A DNA stretch of 64,000 bases from Balamuthia mandrillaris (Eukaryota): positions 186,001 to 250,000 of the forward strand of contig JAVKOQ020000048.1 of assembly GCA_031835245.2 (NCBI GenBank). The letters run 5' to 3'. Every line of letters starts with the position of its first letter. Position 1 is the first letter of the stretch. Shown piece by piece: positions 39,129-52,358 of this stretch. The notes under the pieces are model-generated. The model made no database searches and was not told where the DNA came from. It worked only from the letters and a program-made list of their open reading frames with translations. The translations under genes and the position numbers were made by a program.

Positions 39129-41937
39129 TCATGGTAGGTCTGGGAAATCTTGCTTCATTCGCAGTTGCAACTTTTTCATGCCGTCCACTGTTTCTGCAAT
39201 CATGGCAACCCTGCGCGTACACAAGCGGGAATGAGCAATGACAAAGGAAAAAAAAAACAGAACGCAAACGGGAGAAATTGCACACTCGTTTTGGAGGATT
39301 GGTTCTATCTTCTTCAGTTGGCTATCGCTGATGGTATACGCTGCTTGTTGTTGCTCTTGTTCATGAAGAAGTTTTTCCGTTTGTGTTCGCAACTGCAGGA
39401 ATGAGCAATGATAAGATGATAAAGAAAAAAAAAAGGAGAAGAAAGAGGGTTTTAAAAACAGGAAAGTAGCGTGCCTTTTCTATCTTCGCGCGATAGAACT
39501 GTAGAGCGTCTTTCTTAGCTCTGAGTACCCTGTAGTAGTCCTTTTCGGCAGCGGATAGAGTTGGTTTAGAGCTGTTGATTTTGTTAAGGAGGGCCTCGGA
39601 TTGGGCAGTTAATCTCTCTTGCGTCTCTGCAATCTCTTCAAGTTTGGCTTGAATGGCGGCCTCCTTCTCTCTTTGTGCCTCTAGCTTGTTGTGGAGCTTG
39701 CCTATGTCTTTGTCTTGGCGTTCCTTCAGGTTACACAGCATCTCAATTCTGAAGAGCAAAAAAAAAAAATAGTTTTAGAGGAATCAGAGGGGACGTTGTG
39801 AGGAGTTGTGGTACCTCTTCGTAATCAAGGTGTGGATATGGTGGATATGCAAAACATGGTGTTGTCGCAGCTTGGAACATGCTTCCACTAAAAAGTCTAG
39901 TGCTTGAGGCGACGAAAAACTAAAGACGGATGGATCAGGTGTGGAAATCTTGGGCATGCTTGGAAGTGTTTTGGATAACAAGGGCTCTATCTGGCTGAGA
40001 AAAGATCCTAGCCGTTGTTGTTCTTCACCCTCTCGCTGTGGTATAAGCTTTTCCTGAAGTGGTGCAAAATATGAAGAAAAGATGGGACGTGGTAGGCAGA
40101 CACACTGATAACTACACGTTAAGGCGAGGAGAAAGTGCCCCAAAGAAGGATCGTTCACAACAGCTACACCGATTACTGGTGCTGGTTCAGAAGCGCCTGC
40201 AATAGAAATGCCATTAGAACCACAACAAATGTCCCGACAACTATCGCTAATGCAACACTACCTTCAGAAAGGGGCATTGTTTGAAGAAGAGGATGCACCA
40301 TGGAACGTGGTAAGTCTGGCAAAGACTCTTGATCTAAGGCTAGCGCTTGTGCAGCTTTATCGTTGGAGATGTCGGGACAATATGTCTCTAGCCGAGGTAA
40401 CCACTCGAGCTTAACGCAGTGCATGCCGGAAATGTGAGTAATATAAAGACTATCAGAGTGAACCTTGTCCACAAAAATCAAGGGATGAAAAAAGTTGAAG
40501 TATTTCTCTGGAAAGCCCAAGTCACTACCTTTCCATTCCTCCACATGGATCCCACTGTATAGGTCGGGGAGTCTGAGGTTTAGCCGCTCGTACAGTAAAA
40601 GCATATGAGATTCTTCGACTTCTTCAAAAAACGAGCTAGTCTTGTCCCATTCGGCTTCGATTTCGTCAAATGAAAGGAAAATCTCCAACCAGCCGCTAGC
40701 ATACGCTTTAACCAAAACTAATGGCGAAGAGTAGGTGGTGGAAGAAGATGAGGAGGAGGTGCTCTGAATAGAGGCTAAGCAACAAGCACGGTCCTTTTTA
40801 GGGTCGATGGGAGAAGCATCATCTACAGGGTTCAGCGGCCCTAAAAACAAACCAACGAGGTAATTTGAATAAGACAATCCAGATGAGAGAATATTTAAGG
40901 GTAACATACCTTGAAGTACAGGAACGAAAGCAAAGGCGCCAAAGGGTTTTCTTGTGACAATCCATCCCTTGGTTGCCAGATTTTCATTTCGTTGCCGGTC
41001 TTTGTCTGTGGTGTTATGAACAGCACCAGGTGCAGTTCCAGCAATTGTGCGCCCCTTGACTTGGTCCAGCCACTTTAGTTGAACATGATAACGCTTTGAA
41101 AGGGGAAGTAAGTCATCAAATCCATCCGATTCATCTTCTAACAGTTGCTGCTCCCTGCGTGCAGTCTCAACTTGCTCTAGCTTTACTTTGGTTGCGGTTT
41201 TTAACTCAGATAGGATCTCCTCAGGCAGAATGCTATAGTTAGTGAGCGGATAGAACATTACGTGAGTTTTCATGCTCAGCAATCGATCCCTGGAACAGCA
41301 GGTACCAGTTGTATGGAAGAACCGGACATAGCCCATAAATGCCTCCGTCTTCCATTAAAAAGTAGATGGTAAAGCGATCCCACGTCAGTTTTGATGAACC
41401 GAAGCAAAGGTCAATGGCATTGCTGGGCTTGGATGAGACGGATGCAAAAGATAGTGATGGAATGAGAGAATACAGACGGAACGTTTGTTCTGGTTCTTCA
41501 ATATCGGTCGCGAGGTCGTAGATGCGCAGTGTGTTATCTGATGTGAGCACTACTACGTGCGAGTTGCTCAGTGGGTGCCATGCCGCTTTCAAAATGCACA
41601 ACGACGGCTGGGTTGAGTGGAAGAAATTTCCTATAGGAAATGATCTTCTCGCTTGTATAAGTGTGTTTCTTTTAATGTTTAAACTCGAGAGAGTCGAGAG
41701 ATAGAGACAGAGAAAGGGAAGCAGATGATGCATTCAAAGGAAATACCTGCATTCCACTTCCTGTGGCTGCTTATCTTGAAGTATTTCTCTTCTGGTGCGT
41801 TCTGTTATCTGCACAACAGCGCAGGAACTCTTTCCCACTGCTAACAAAAAGTCGCCACCCGCGTTGAAGCTGAGGGACCGCACCTCAAAACCAAGCGGTG
41901 GACTTAAACAAAGCGTCTGTAGTAATCCAGTTAAGAG

Positions 41938-41968
<31 letters not shown>

Positions 41969-42252
41969 GGTCAGAGGATTACGGTGCTGTGTTGTGGTTG
42001 GTAGTCCTTCTCCAGTTTGAGTCGTTTGAGGCTAACGACATTGAGGTCATTGTGTACATCGCAAAGGAAGAGAAGAGAAAAAGAGTCAATGGCCATGAGG
42101 CTGTGTCGTTCTCCTAATCTCTCGCGAGAGATTAAGTAAGCATCCTCGCCCTCTAGAGCCATGCGCCGTAAAAGGGTATGCTGCTGTATCCGCTGCATGA
42201 AGGAGGGAGAAGGGCGAGAGGTCGAAGGGCTGCCAGGTGTGGCATAATCCAT
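39129..42252 (-). CDS. NUP88: Nucleoporin Nup88/Nup82 family
   Basis: ILKAAWHPLSNSHVVVLTSDNTLRIYDL...EPEQ...WDRFTIYFLMEDGGIYGLCPVLP beta-propeller plus a C-terminal coiled coil. Confidence 0.85.
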
Positions 42253-42412
42253 TGGTCTTGGCAGGAGCCGAGGGAAGGCTTTCTCCGTGCATGTTTTTGC
42301 TTTGCATGTTGCACTGAAATAACGTGAGGCTCGGAAGACCGCTCAGCGAGGTTCCTTCCTCCTCCCTTTCTTTTTTTTTTTCTCTTCCCGCCTGAGGGGT
42401 TAGCTCCTCCAC

Positions 42413-42425
42413 TTTCCCGCCAAAA
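42413..42425 (+). promoter_or_regulatory. E2F-like site in the NUP88/MMS22L bidirectional promoter
   Basis: TTTCCCGCCAAAA, with a second TTCCCGCC at about 42385. Confidence 0.5.
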
Positions 42426-42531
42426 CCACCACCACCCGTTTGCCCCCCCGTAACAGCACCCCTAAACTTTGCGGCAAATGAGTTCCAAAAGAAATTCTTC
42501 TTCTCAGTGAGTCATTGCGGGGGAGAGCGAG

Positions 42532-45500
42532 ATGCAGATGGAAGAAGAAGAAGAAGAAGAAGTAGAACAAGGTCCACAGCAAGGACTACCACTTGCAGTG
42601 GCAGCCAGCCACAAGCGAAAACGACCCATCCCATTCACGCCACCTACTACCGAACCAGGCACTACCAACAGGAATGGTGGCGGTGGCTTTGACGGTGGTA
42701 GCACCTCAACAAGCATCGGCTGTTCTCCTGAAGCTACGCCTCCTTTGCAAAAGCGGAGAAAAGAGCAGGTATCAACAGCAGGCATGGAAGCCCACGCCCG
42801 TAACGAGGATGGCGCCACAGCCAAACGAATCCAAGAACCAACAAGTACATCACCCCTCGGAAAAGTAAGAGAGGACCCAACCGCAGCTGCTGCGACCCCG
42901 AAAAGAAGAAGGAAGCATTTAGACGGGCTGGACGGCAAGTACTGGGAACTTAAAGACCAAAAGAGACAAAGCTCTGCTTTTGCCTTTTTGGTCGCCTTCT
43001 CAGACCCTATGGAGGAAGAGGGACAAAGCCTTGACCCCGATTTCAAGCCCCACAATGACTTGTCTGGGAGTTCAGATGGAGAAGAGGAAGAAGAGGAGGG
43101 AGAAGGAGAGGAGGAGGGGAGGAGGGGAGGAGGAGGAAGAGGAATATGAGGAAGATAGCCAAGAGCCTTGCGATTGGGAGGAAGATGGCGAAGGTTTGAT
43201 GGTTGTACACTTGGTGCATTATGCACCAAGTCGGTCATCTAGCTACCATTTTAACACAACACCAACCGCAACAAATGAAGAAAGACACAGAAGAAAGAGA
43301 GGGGGCGAGATAAATCGTTTCTCAGAACAAGAGATAAAGCGCTGGTCGAAGGCGCGGGTCAGAGCTTGGCTGGGAAGGCGAACCAACCCTGACCAATACT
43401 ACTATCGTTTTCCTGGTGGGTCCTTCAACTCTACTTTTCTCTTTGTTCATTGTAACTAACGAGACGACAATAACTACGGAACGGATCTTCGACTAAGACT
43501 TGGGAGTAAGGCAACGCATGGGTAAATGGAGCAAGGATGAATATGAAGTTTTTCTAAAACGGCATCACGAGTTTAAGCTGAAGGGATGGTGGGTGGGCAG
43601 CCGTTGGGGCATTTTTAGTGCCACTCCGGGCTTGGAGCATCGAGTTGGCTACCAGTGCAGCAACCTCTACCGCAGACTAGTCAAGGAGAACATTTTGCAT
43701 GACCCTAGCTACGGCCTTGACAGCACTGGGAAGTTTGGTCTTATAGGTGGCATACCAGATGGAGCTTCCGATGTCCCTCCTGTACTTTGCACTGCTCTTT
43801 CGTCCCCCTTTTTTTTCTGTTTCGCACGCTCTTATTTTTCGACACTACAGGAAATGCATGTGCTCAATACTGAGGTATGGAATGCACAATCAGCTGCACT
43901 TGAACAAAAAGTGGATAGATGGGTGCGTCTCTACCACCCAGGTGAGGCCCCAATCGGATTCGTTCGTTTTATGCGGCATCGAAATGCTACAAGGAGAAAC
44001 GGGAGAGGCAGTAGATGCCCGCCTACGAACTTGCCACCTTTCCTTCACCATTTTTCCTCCACTGCTGAAAAGTCGCCAGACATTGAAGAGGGTTGGCAAA
44101 CCCCAAGCCCAACCGGTCCACAAAGAAAGAGCACCACAACGACCACCAAAAGCCCAAACACTAAAAGGAGCCCAACCCGCCAACTAACTCCAACAAGCAC
44201 TGCAAGCACCACCCCAAAGAGAAATTCTCCAAGCCGGCCCCCCTTCGCACAAATAAACTTTAGTACTGAGGAAGCCCCGTATCAGTTACAACGCGACCTT
44301 GTCCATGCGCTCAGCATAAAATATCCTTTTCCATTCCCAGACCCACAGGCGGGGAAGCTTTTCCCTCCTTGCTAAGCATACATAATGACGTATGTTCATC
44401 GTACGATTTGCTATACCTTAACTCTTTCCGTTTCGCAAGGATTGTCTACCAAGCTACCCCCTCAATCTCCAATGCTTGACAACCCCGGTGTTTAACCGTG
44501 CAGACAGCAATCCAACAGTCTTTTTTGGGAAATATCCTGTATCTTCTGCAATGGTTTGAAGGCGGCTTGCGTGTTTGTGTGCTCTGTTATTTCCAAACTA
44601 ACCGTACAACTAGGATTTTATCCTTCAAGGCGATTTTCAGCCCTATTTTACTGCTCTACAACAGAGGTTGGCAATTCTCTACTCAAGCGAACTGAAGGGA
44701 TCATCAGGGTATGTGCCTCCTCCGATTGGCTGATGTAGAGAAAAATTAACAGTTTACTAGCAGGGAAGATGAGACAGAAATTCTAAGCTTCCTTTGGTTT
44801 TTATTGGGCAGCATACGGTCAAGTTTTACCAAAGAAATTGAACTTGATTCACGCATTTCGTGCTTTGAGCGACTGGCTGTTTGCTTGAATCACCTCTTTG
44901 AGAGCTTAGGTTTGTTGACATTGCAAGCCCTATGAACATTGCAATTGATGCTTTGTTGTATCTTTTCTCTTGTTCGCTACAGGTACATTACAGCCAGAAT
45001 GGTACCATGATAATCACAACACTTGGATGCACCAAAGTTTCAAAATTGTCTCCTTTTGTAAAAGCGCTGTGCTAGAGTGCTACTTCTGGATCTGTCGCTC
45101 ATGTGCAAAGGAGGAAGTACGTGCTCACCTCAGTAGTGTTGATCACGAGCAAGAAATACGTTTATTCCAGGACGCTATGAATATGCTCAAGGGCCATGCG
45201 CTCAGTCTAATGGAGGAGCTGCTGAAACTTGTAGGGGACTGTCCCACTTTAATGGCTCTGCCGTCATTCTGTTCAGGCACTGACGGCAGCCGACTTGAAC
45301 CGAACACTGTGGTGCTGGGCTTGTGGCGAAAGGTAATGCACATATTTGATGACTTCCCTCATCAAGCCGCTGGTTCTGAGAAGCAAGTCAAAGACTTTTG
45401 GGCAACCTTCAACGACACTATTTTGGGGCTAACAAGTCTACCATCCTTCCAAGAAAACGCAGAAGAAAAGCCAGACGAGGTGACTTCTCGCAGTTCGGAA

Positions 45501-46348
45501 GGCACAAAGCCCCTTGGTACGCAGCCATATATAGAGTGCCTCACCACTGAATTATCGTAACGTTGTCTTACTCTTTCTTCTTCTTCTTCTTCTTCTCTCT
45601 CCACACAGTGCTAAATGAGTTTCGATGGGAGATGCTCTTCAGGCTGATTCCCCTTCATTTGTTTGACGAGGAGGGAAAATTCAAGCAACAATCCTCTACC
45701 AGCTCAAACCAATCCCAATGGCTCTTCAATTACGATTGGGCAACCACCAAAAACTGGCTGCTAGTGGAAGCACTAATAGAGCGTTCCCCCTTGGGGTTGC
45801 GAGCGGACGGAGACGAGCTAAACTTCCAAGCCACAAAAATGATGACGACGAGCCTAAAATGGGATATCTCCAGGCTAAAGGGAGCAATTCTAATGCGGTG
45901 CATTGAGTTAGCCGAGTTTTGGGGAACGAACGAGCATTTAGTTGCTCTTTTGTGGCAGTATTTCCGTGTGCATTACCAGCCAATGAACCAGGAAGACAGC
46001 TTTTCTGAACTGGTAGTGCAACACGTGCTGGAATGTCCTGTCTCCGTGGCGTACAAGTTCTACCCGATTGGCCAGTACTCTTCTGAGTTTGAGCTTTTCC
46101 TGAAGCTTCTCCTTACCGAGTTAAAGAAGACTGGATGTCCCAAGCGCATTCACAGAGTGAGAAAACGTTTGTTGGAAGGTTTATCGACTCCCATAACCAA
46201 CCCTACCACTCTACAGCACGTACTCGCCCTTGAATTGGTCTTTGCGCGTTTTATGAACCACGAATACAAGCTTGCTCAGTTGCCTCACGCCATACAACGT
46301 ATTATTGGTTTTTTCCTTTACTATTCAGAGTTTTGGAACCCGTTATTC

Positions 46349-46386
<38 letters not shown>

Positions 46387-49300
46387 ATATTCATCAGGTT
46401 CCAATACTGAATGCCAACGAATAGTCACAAGAGCATTGTTCATTGCTGCGTTGATGCTACTCCAAACCTCTCAAGATATCAAGGTGGGTGTCTTCCTCCG
46501 TGAATATTGGCTCCTTGACCTGTTTGACGCTTGTCATTGACTGAATTATTATTACGACGATAGAACTGGGCCGAACGATATCTACTGGAGCCCTTCGAAA
46601 CGGTTTGCAAGGATTACGTGGACCTACAGATGCGCCTCAAAAGCCTAAACAGAGAAAACAAAGGTATCCCTTCTCATCTGGAGGATGAGCTCCAGAAAAC
46701 GGAATCCCTTTTATACAAGTTGCTTCATCACATGGAAATGATGTTTCGCTTGCGCCACTCGAGGGATTCACTCTGTTCTGACTACGTGTTGATTTCACCT
46801 TCCCTGAAACACTTGGTCCAACACCTCGACCTGCTGTCGGAGTCAATCGCTATTAGATTGTTGGATATGATTCATTATTCTATGCAGTTGAAGAACGAGC
46901 AATCGAGCCCTGATCTCAGCACCACACAACCACCGATCATCACATCGTCTTCTACTGTTGACAATGGCTCGGAGGAAGATGACCCTTTCTCTTTCATGGA
47001 TGGTATCGCCTTCGAGGACCTCGATCGTATGGTTGAGGAGCATCGCAGCAAGCAACAAAACTATCCCATTGCCAATCAGATTTACGCGCATTTATTCGAT
47101 CCCCTGATATCAGCCATAACAAGGAGGCTTCCCGTCCACATACTCGAGCGTTCTGTAACATGTTTGGCCAGCATGGCGCCACTGCTCGTCCATTTCAAGT
47201 TTTGCGTAAAACCTTTTCCCATTAACTTTTTGCTCGTCGACTCTCTGACTCTCTTATTCACTTTCTCTAGCAATGGTCACACCTTAAGGCATTGTACAGT
47301 AATTCTTTTATGGTAAGAAGCAACGCTGATGTGTCGCAACGAAGCATTCCGATATGGTTCTGGCTGCATATATTGCGGGCCCAACATGCTGAATCACTGT
47401 GCATCAAACCATGCATCAAGGAATTTATACTGGTTTGTTGAGCCACCCCTCTTTATGAAAGTCGTTCTCTGATTACCGCACCATTGGATTTTATGCCTTT
47501 AGGAACACAAGTTCTTTTTGCTGAACATATGGCTGCTGTCAACAATTGAGCGGTCGCACTACGAGCCACCGCTTAACAAGCAGCTTCAAAATACTCCCAC
47601 CATTCCCTACTTTCAGAACATGCATGGTGTGAAGAAAGTAACCTATATCGTCAAACGTACGTACTGCAAGTACTGTGCTCTTTGCTTTTGCTGACAGCAT
47701 CTGGCGGTTTTGTTCTCATGTCACAGACGTAATGGAGTGTCTCTCAGAGGAATGGCAGCAAGCCAATAAAGCCTGTGGTGAGACGCCTACATCCGTTGCA
47801 GCTGTGAAGCAACAGTTTATGGAAGTCACCTCTCAGGTTCACCTTGTCATTCACCGGTCGGTTGCAGACCGCTTGGAGCAAAAGGAGGAACCACAATTGC
47901 AGCGCTTCATTGCACTGATGTATAGCATTATTGGAAACCTCTTCGTTTATCTGCCCGAACTGCTATATACGAAAGGGAATGCCAACCACAACACTCTCGC
48001 TGCCTTGTTGAATGGCTATTTCTTTGGGCCTTTTCACTCCGCGGCACCGGTTGGTGGAATGGCTCTTCCCCTTAGGGAGCGAAATACCATGTTGTTGCGG
48101 CAGCAACATGTTGGAAGGAGTTTTGGCAGATACAGGGGGAGTAGTCCACAATCAGTCTTCTCTCAAGCTCGCTCACAAGAAGACATTTCTCTGCTTAATG
48201 CGCAGCGTCAACTTCTCACTAATCTATACCAGAACGCTGTATGGGGATTTGTGCAGGCCATACCGGTGTGTCTTGCTCATTTTGACCTTCACGGGGATGG
48301 ATATATGAGTCGCAGCTTAGCTCAGTTCTTTGCATGTTTCTACGAAGGACTCTACCAACAATTTGCCTTGCACTTTGACTACAAAGAGCTTGACGGGCTT
48401 GACATCACAAAAAGGCCATCTGTACCAGCACGTTTGGATGAGCTAGTGAAAGGCATGCTCATTCGTGGAGACAGGACTCAAAGGTAACGTTGCCTATCTT
48501 GAGCTGCTGCTTTTGTGTTCTAATGCTTGTAACACTGCTTCTTATGTATTCTTTCCGTATATTTATCTATCTGTATCCCAGAAAAGGATTGGGGTCTCTG
48601 CGACGGTTTGTCATGGGAACAGTTGTCCCAATGTTTCTGCGCATACCTTTAGATAAAAACCTTGATGGCCATGGGACTCAGGCTGTCTTTGCTGCACTCC
48701 AAAGTCCGCTCTTTGTGATATTTACAATTCGGTTTGTGGAAAGATTAGAGTGCCTGTCTCTGAGCAGTGAATCAACCCCCGCTAAAACCGACGAAGTGCA
48801 AAATGATGATGTTGTTTTAGCAACAACATGGCACGGGTGGCACCATCTCTTTCTCGACTTTTTGCCGATCATGCTTCCTCTGTTGGAGGTATTCACCTTC
48901 ACATCCTCGTCCTTCGACCGGGCTCCAGTGCACCTCATGAAAAGCGAGGCCTACCATCTTGCAGCCTTGCTGTTCCGTACATTGGGAGAGGCTGATGCGA
49001 AAGAACTACAACAGCAACAAGAAGGTAACCAAACTCATGCAATACGCTGTCATGCATTCCGCAACAAGCAATCACAGTTCTACTCACCTCCAATTGGCGT
49101 TTGTAGGCTGCATAGGTATGGACGGAAAGACCAATGCCCACTGGCAAATTCTGCAACACTTTGCCTGTTGCCTGCTGTTGCACATAGTTCGGGACGTGTA
49201 CCTTTTGTGGAAAGGCGAACAGTTCTTTCAGAACTGCCAGAGCCTTGAGTCCCTCAGAATGAGATTGGATGACGAGAAAGAGCAACTTGCAAGGCTGCTG

Positions 49301-49787
49301 AGCAGTTCCTGCTCACCCGGTTGCTCCTCTTTCGCCCAGCAGTACGCAGACATAAGGAAGGGCATTCAAGGAGACGCCAACCAGCGACAACTTTCGTTAT
49401 CAAGCCCTCTGTTTGGCCCACATTCCTACTATCAGTACACTCAGCCGGTTTGTTAAGTGCTTAAATTTTCTTTCTATCTTTCAACCTCTGCTGCCGCCGT
49501 GAAGGTGGTCCACTGCTAATTCCCTTATGACACATGAATAGATCTGGTCAGAGAAGCTGTTGGCAACAATGATTGCAGAACTATTGCCACGTTTAAACGT
49601 GGATTGGCTTGGCTCTACTGTAGTGGAAACCTACCATCACATAAAGATCATGCTAGAGGAATGTGCAGGCGAGAGTCAACAAACTGCTGCAGCTGGAGGT
49701 GCTCATGGTGGTAGGAGTAGTGGTGGATGTGGCGGGCGGAGGATTCCCTTCCAGTTGGCCCAAGTCTTGGCCGATGCCGACACGTGA
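42532..49787 (+). CDS. MMS22L: MMS22L-like replication-fork repair protein, apparently with an N-terminal Myb-like domain
   Basis: NWLLVEALIERS, RCIELAEFWGTNEHLVALLWQYF, SEFELFLKLL, LQHVLALELVFA and QRIVTRALFIAALMLLQTSQDIKNWAERY align by recall, in order, with MMS22L segments. Myb-like segment NPDQYYYRF...GKWSKDE...WGIFS...RVGYQCSNLYRRL lies at about 43380-43710. There is an apparent frameshift at about 43120. Confidence 0.7.
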
Positions 49788-49844
49788 GACTATCTACCCA
49801 CCAACAAACAAGAACAGATTTCCTCCGGCGGCGCAAAGATCATT

Positions 49845-52120
49845 CTATTTATTTTCGTTCAGCCCCTTAGCTTTTTGTTGCTGCCGAGCTTTTTGAATCT
49901 TTTGGGGCAGAGTGCGAAAATACTCTTCGACTGCAGAGAAAGGCGGTAGTGTAGCTAAAGCGGCCTCGGGTGCAAATGCGATGAGGCAGGGCTTGCTGGC
50001 CACCAGCCGCCCTGCCACCCGCAGAAGATCTTCTTCAGTTAGCGAGTCTATTTTTTGGCAAATATTTTCTGCAGAGTGCCTCGTGTTGTACGAAATTATT
50101 TGTCTGCCAATGTCATCAAACATCACAGAGCGGGACTCCAGATTGGTGAAGATGCCTTTTGGTCACATGAATATGAGTTAGCACAGTTGTTTTTATAGGC
50201 AGCCAGCAGAATCACAAAAAAAGTACTGCACGCCACGAGAATGCGAAGACGAAGACGAAGAAGAAGAAGAAGAAGAAGAAGAAGAAGAAGAAGAAGAAGA
50301 AGAAGAAGAAGAAGAAGAAGAAGAAGAAGAAGAAGAAGAAGAAGAAGAAGAAGAAGAAGAACAGGAGGAACAAGAACAGAAACAACATACTGGATTTGAG
50401 CTGATTTTTTGCTCGCGTGACTTCTTCCTCTTGCAAACGGTGGGCCATCTCGGCTAATTGCAAGCACATGACTTGAACCATATCTCCGAGGTGGGAATGG
50501 TCCGCTTTAGCGTAGATGCCAAACATCCCGGTATCTTCATAAAAGGTATTGAAGGCGCTGGCGGCATCAACGTAGTGAAATTGGTTGAGGACATTGCGGT
50601 AGAGGCGAGAGTACATGCCTTTGCCAGGGCCACCAGGACTGAAAGAGCTTCCACCACCCATTAATGTTTGCAGCACGCAAGCCCCATAGAGGTCCTCGTC
50701 TTGCAAGCTCACGCCCTCAAAGGCTAGAACCACGTGGCTGGGATAGGGCTTGTCCAGTTGAGACATGGCGTGCAGTTTGTCTTCCACTTCAGGAGTCATG
50801 ACCTCCAGATGTTCACCTCCCTTGTAGATTGGGTGAGTAGGAGGACTCACCACCGGTGATGATGTAGAGCTTTTTCTCACATCCGCAAAGTGCTTTTCTG
50901 CCATCCCCACAAATTGCGCATGTTCCACACCTACTGCAGCAACAACTACACGGGGACCCACATAAAACCGCTCTACGAACTGCAAGAGGTGTTCTCGGGT
51001 GATGGCCGAGATGTTGCTTGGAGGTACTAATTGACTCAAGCCTAGGCCTTCCTTGCCGTAGGCTAGCTCGTGCAGAACCTCCGATATCCATGTATCTGGG
51101 TCATATTGTATCTCCTCTAATTTCTGGGCCAACACTTGTCTCTGTTCTTCCATGTCCTCTTCCAAGAATTGCGGCGACTTGATGTTGTTGGCAAGTATCT
51201 CCAACACCTCTGGTAGATGGTCTTGGATAGTATCCACCTGGTAGACCATCAGCTCTCTCATGCTTGATGAGAAAGCTCCTGTGCCAAGTTCTTCTAAGCG
51301 TTGCACTATGTGTTGTGTAGTGTTTGTGGCGGTAGCCTGGGATAAGACCCAACATTCGTTATACAGAAAGCACGAAACAGCCACCTTGCAATCAACCAAG
51401 AAACAAACACAACAATACCTAGATACAAACCTTGTAGGCCATTCGCTGAAGGAAGTCTGTAACACCATTGGTAGCAGGGGTTTCATATCTGGATCCAGCA
51501 TTCACAAAGACGCCGACGGTGCTGACCTGGCCGTAACATTCCTCGCTGGCAACGCGAAGGCCGTTAGGCATGGTAGTCACCCGTGTAACCGGCCGTTTGA
51601 GTGCAGAGAGAGGAAGCGGCTCTGGTGTTCCTGGGAACGGCTCACGCATTGAGACAGTGGGTTGCCGTTGCGAAGTGAGATTCTTCGACTCTTCTTGCAG
51701 CCTCTGTTTTTTTTCCGCCCTTCGCTTGGCAACAGCAGGATCCAAGGGTGGCGCTGCAAAGTATGTCACTGGGAGGTGCGGTGTTGCTGTCACTGGTTGG
51801 CTGTGCGGTTGCCGCAGCTCCTCCCTAAAGGTCATGCTGCCGCGGAACCAACGCCGAGACATGCCTGTGTCACAGGGGTCATTGTCATTGTAAGATGAGT
51901 GAAACGCTGTTTTTCTCTCACTCAACCACTGAAGAAACAAAGCAGTACCTGGAAGGAGGCCCCCCACCCCTCCACCGTCGCCACGGGGACTCACCAAGGC
52001 AGAGCCGTGTTGGCTGAAGTGCCGCAAGGTCGGGTCCCAAGGAAGAAACCGTGCTCCCAGTAACCGATGAATGGTTGATGGTCGTGAAAGGTTTTGGCGA
52101 AGCCCTCTGATCCCCTCCAT
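49845..52120 (-). CDS. PMPCA: Mitochondrial processing peptidase alpha subunit (M16 family)
   Basis: TTMPNGLRVASE...GVFVNAGSRYE, the glycine-rich loop GGGSSFSPGGPGKGMYSRLY, RAKNQLKSS, NLESRSVMFDDIGRQI, and an Arg-rich N-terminal presequence. Confidence 0.93.
50250..50360 (+). repeat. (GAA)n microsatellite in a PMPCA intron
   Basis: Directly visible. Confidence 0.95.
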
Positions 52121-52293
52121 GTTGTTGTTGCTGCTGCTGCTGCTGCTGTTTTTTGTCGTTCTTTTTCCTTTTGCGATTTCTTCTTCTGTTCTCTCTCTCT
52201 CTCCCTCCCTGCCGCTCCCCTCTTAGTGCCAGGAAAAGAGAGGAGCACGAGGGGTAGAAAGGTGCCCACCCACTTTTTGGGGCAACACCCTTT

Positions 52294-52324
<31 letters not shown>

Positions 52325-52358
52325 CAACAGGACAAGAAGGAACAAGTACCACCCAACC

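Noticed and set aside
43105..43150. Frameshift in the acidic N-terminus of the Myb/MMS22L gene, suggesting a pseudogene or programmed frameshift
   Set aside because: Adding one G to each of two GGGG runs restores GAG GAG GGG GAG GAG GGG GAG... in frame. This is typical long-read homopolymer error, and the rest of the gene looks intact.
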